This document shows positions 58,267-59,828 of a stretch of DNA of 59,828 bases, piece after piece. The DNA is from a virus. Its lineage: Duplodnaviria; Caudoviricetes. The notes beneath the pieces were generated by a model. It was given only the letters and a program-made list of their open reading frames with translations. It made no database searches and was not told the origin of the DNA. How positions within the stretch are numbered: position 1 is the first letter of the stretch; each line of letters begins with the position of its first letter. The position numbers and the translations under genes are program-made. The DNA is taken from positions 1 through 59,828 of IMG/VR virus record IMGVR_UViG_3300022602_000103; one strand, 5' to 3'.

Positions 58267-58468
58267 CGGTTAGGTCTCGATTCTTTTTAAATAGGTAATC
58301 CATTCGGTACTCGGATGGCGGAACAAAACCATGTCGCTTAAAAGTCTTCATCACGTCAGCACCTTTAGTCCAAACAAACTTGGAATCTTTATCGGTTAGT
58401 TTTGGTTTGACTTCTTTCTTGGGTGGTTCTACTACCTGATACCTACGCAAAACGGATGCCAGTTTCAT
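58259..58468 (-). CDS. hypothetical protein
   Basis: DVMKTFKRHGFVPPSE. Confidence 0.6.
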   Translation of the reverse strand: MKLASVLRRYQVVEPPKKEVKPKLTDKDSKFVWTKGADVMKTFKRHGFVPPSEYRMDYLFKKNRDLTDE

Positions 58469-58596
58469 GATCTTCTCCCTGTTACTAGACTTGGTATTGA
58501 ACGGAACTCATCAATGCGGTGTTGCATCGGATGAGGTGCTGGTTTGTACGGCTTTAAATCATCAAAGGTTAAATACTTTTTCTTACTTGCTTTCAT
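58465..58596 (-). CDS. hypothetical 43-aa protein
   Basis: MKASKKKYLTFDDLKPY...RSIPSL; fills the gap with ATGA coupling. Confidence 0.5.
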   Translation of the reverse strand: MKASKKKYLTFDDLKPYKPAPHPMQHRIDEFRSIPSLVTGRRS

Positions 58597-58822
58597 TTTT
58601 CTCTTGTGCCTTTCCAATCATCCAGTTAGCCATATTCAAATCGTTTTGTAGGGCTACATTTTCGTTTTTTAAATCACGAACTTGACAAGCCAATTCGTTT
58701 GCCCTAGTGCATTGTTTTCCGTATGCTTCTCCTAACTTTTCAATGCGCTCTTGTTGTTCTTGTATCAATTCGGTGCAACTGTGATATTCACCACAATTAG
58801 GACATGGTTCATTTGCGTTCAT
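58583..58822 (-). CDS. hypothetical zinc-ribbon/coiled-coil protein
   Basis: Start revised to 58822 (MNANEPCPNC); ends KAQEKNESK. Confidence 0.6.
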   Translation of the reverse strand: MNANEPCPNCGEYHSCTELIQEQQERIEKLGEAYGKQCTRANELACQVRDLKNENVALQNDLNMANWMIGKAQEKNESK

Positions 58823-58956
58823 TTCTCTTGTACCTTTCTTTCTGCCCAATATACAAGACTATTCATTCCACTTACTTCCATTTCCAACGGCAACTTTTTT
58901 AGTTCATCAATCAGTTCTTGTATAGTCATTCTTAGTTCGCCATTGACTTCTCTCAT
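58819..58956 (-). CDS. hypothetical 45-aa protein
   Basis: MREVNGELRMTIQELIDELKK...RKVQEK; ATGA overlaps at both ends. Confidence 0.55.
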   Translation of the reverse strand: MREVNGELRMTIQELIDELKKLPLEMEVSGMNSLVYWAERKVQEK

Positions 58957-59207
58957 TTCTCTTGTGCCTTTCTTAGTATTGCTTGTTCAACGGCTCTGCC
59001 TAAACCGCACTTGATTCCTGACCAATCTTTTTCGTAAATGCCAATCATTTCCTCATCTGTTAGTGTCTTTGCTGGATGGGTGTAGAGCGGATAAGGATGA
59101 TGACTAATTTTCATATCCCTTGTTGGTTTTTCAAAAGTTATAAAATCAGGGCAATGCAAACTTGGTTCTCTTGCTTTCATCATCCAAGCTACTGGTTCAT
59201 TATTCAT
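58953..59207 (-). CDS. hypothetical protein
   Basis: MNNEPVAW...PLYTHP.KTLTDEE...AILRKAQEK. Confidence 0.65.
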   Translation of the reverse strand: MNNEPVAWMMKAREPSLHCPDFITFEKPTRDMKISHHPYPLYTHPAKTLTDEEMIGIYEKDWSGIKCGLGRAVEQAILRKAQEK

Positions 59208-59512
59208 CAGCATCTCCCATCTTCGTCACTAAATAGTTTCACCATAGTCGCATCAACATTATTCTCATCAACGACAACTGCGATTCCACCACCCTGTGTA
59301 ATCCTATTCATATGCTCTGCCTGTAATGCGGTTGGCTTGTTACCACCAGCCTTACACTCTATCGCTATGAACTTTCCTTTATAGCACACAAGAATATCGG
59401 GAACACCACTTGCGCCGTAACCAGCAGTAAACGGCATTGTGAAATAAATATCATTTAACTTTAAAAACTTCTTAACCTTATCTTTAACTTTCGCTTCGGG
59501 GGTTGATGCCAT
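59207..59512 (-). CDS. VRR-NUC domain nuclease
   Basis: TPEAKVK, GVPDIL, IECKAG..KPTALQ. Confidence 0.85.
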   Translation of the reverse strand: MASTPEAKVKDKVKKFLKLNDIYFTMPFTAGYGASGVPDILVCYKGKFIAIECKAGGNKPTALQAEHMNRITQGGGIAVVVDENNVDATMVKLFSDEDGRC

Positions 59513-59828
59513 CAGCTTTCTCCTCTTAGTTTCATTAGTGATGGATACGGCAATACAATCACAAACCAACTGTCGCTTGATCGCCAGCCCACCTCTTGCA
59601 TATCCTCATCTTGGCAAGTGGATAACAATTCTATCTCCCTTACTTCATGGTCTTGCAAGATTTGTTTATGCCTTGCAAGAATCATCGCCATCTTAGATTT
59701 GATTTCATCAGGCAAAGTGTTTTCATCAAACTCTCTGGTAAATCCATCAGCAACATACAAGGTGTAATGGTTTCCTACACGACGTAGTGGCACACGATAC
59801 AAGTCCCAGTTATATTGATGCACGACTG
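59512..59828 (-). CDS. hypothetical protein, probably 5'-truncated by the window edge
   Basis: Frame open to the end of the window. Confidence 0.55.
   Translation of the reverse strand, partial: VVHQYNWDLYRVPLRRVGNHYTLYVADGFTREFDENTLPDEIKSKMAMILARHKQILQDHEVREIELLSTCQDEDMQEVGWRSSDSWFVIVLPYPSLMKLRGES

Noticed and set aside
59821-59828. Circular closure joining the window ends (the AAA frame happens to run into the 59823 ORF)
   Set aside because: No terminal overlap; the ATPase appears to lack its C-terminal part, and an in-frame join has a 1-in-3 chance.
1-59828. Stop-codon reassignment, tRNA genes, introns or inteins
   Set aside because: TAA, TAG and TGA all end genes at sensible, often coupled, positions; TerL, PolA and the helicase are uninterrupted and of normal size; no cloverleaf was seen by eye.

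Overview
This window is most of the genome of a tailed dsDNA phage with podovirus-like architecture, using the standard genetic code. The likely host is a freshwater betaproteobacterium; that is inferred from gene families, not shown by the sequence. There are three blocks. (1) 1-6.6 kb, minus strand: early/accessory genes (partial MoxR-type AAA ATPase, DUF3150-like protein, many small ORFs, a tandem paralog pair), built from repeated promoter/terminator cassettes, plus an AT-rich origin-like region. (2) 7.2-45.3 kb, plus strand: terminase, portal, GroES-like protein, scaffold, major capsid, small Lys/Gly-rich proteins, tail and fibre genes, a holin/GH19 lysis cassette, nozzle and ejection proteins. 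(3) 45.3-59.8 kb, minus strand: primase-helicase (DUF927), SNF2 helicase, PD-(D/E)XK nuclease, a phage-encoded polyphosphate kinase 2, family A DNA polymerase, HNH, DUF3310 and VRR-NUC proteins. I found no integrase, tRNA, CRISPR array or reverse transcriptase. The most interesting signals lie outside the ORF track: (a) a pseudoknotted intergenic RNA candidate whose loop is antisense to the shared ribosome-binding site of at least 7 phage genes and to the polymerase start; (b) a double-pseudoknot 5' leader downstream of the capsid gene; (c) a CCAC-N6-GTGG palindrome seen about 13 times, all in the early and replication arms; (d) modular early-gene cassettes. Also notable are ppk2 coupled to the polymerase and a hydrophobic-x-x-GG motif shared by many virion proteins. 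All motifs were found by eye, with no computation.
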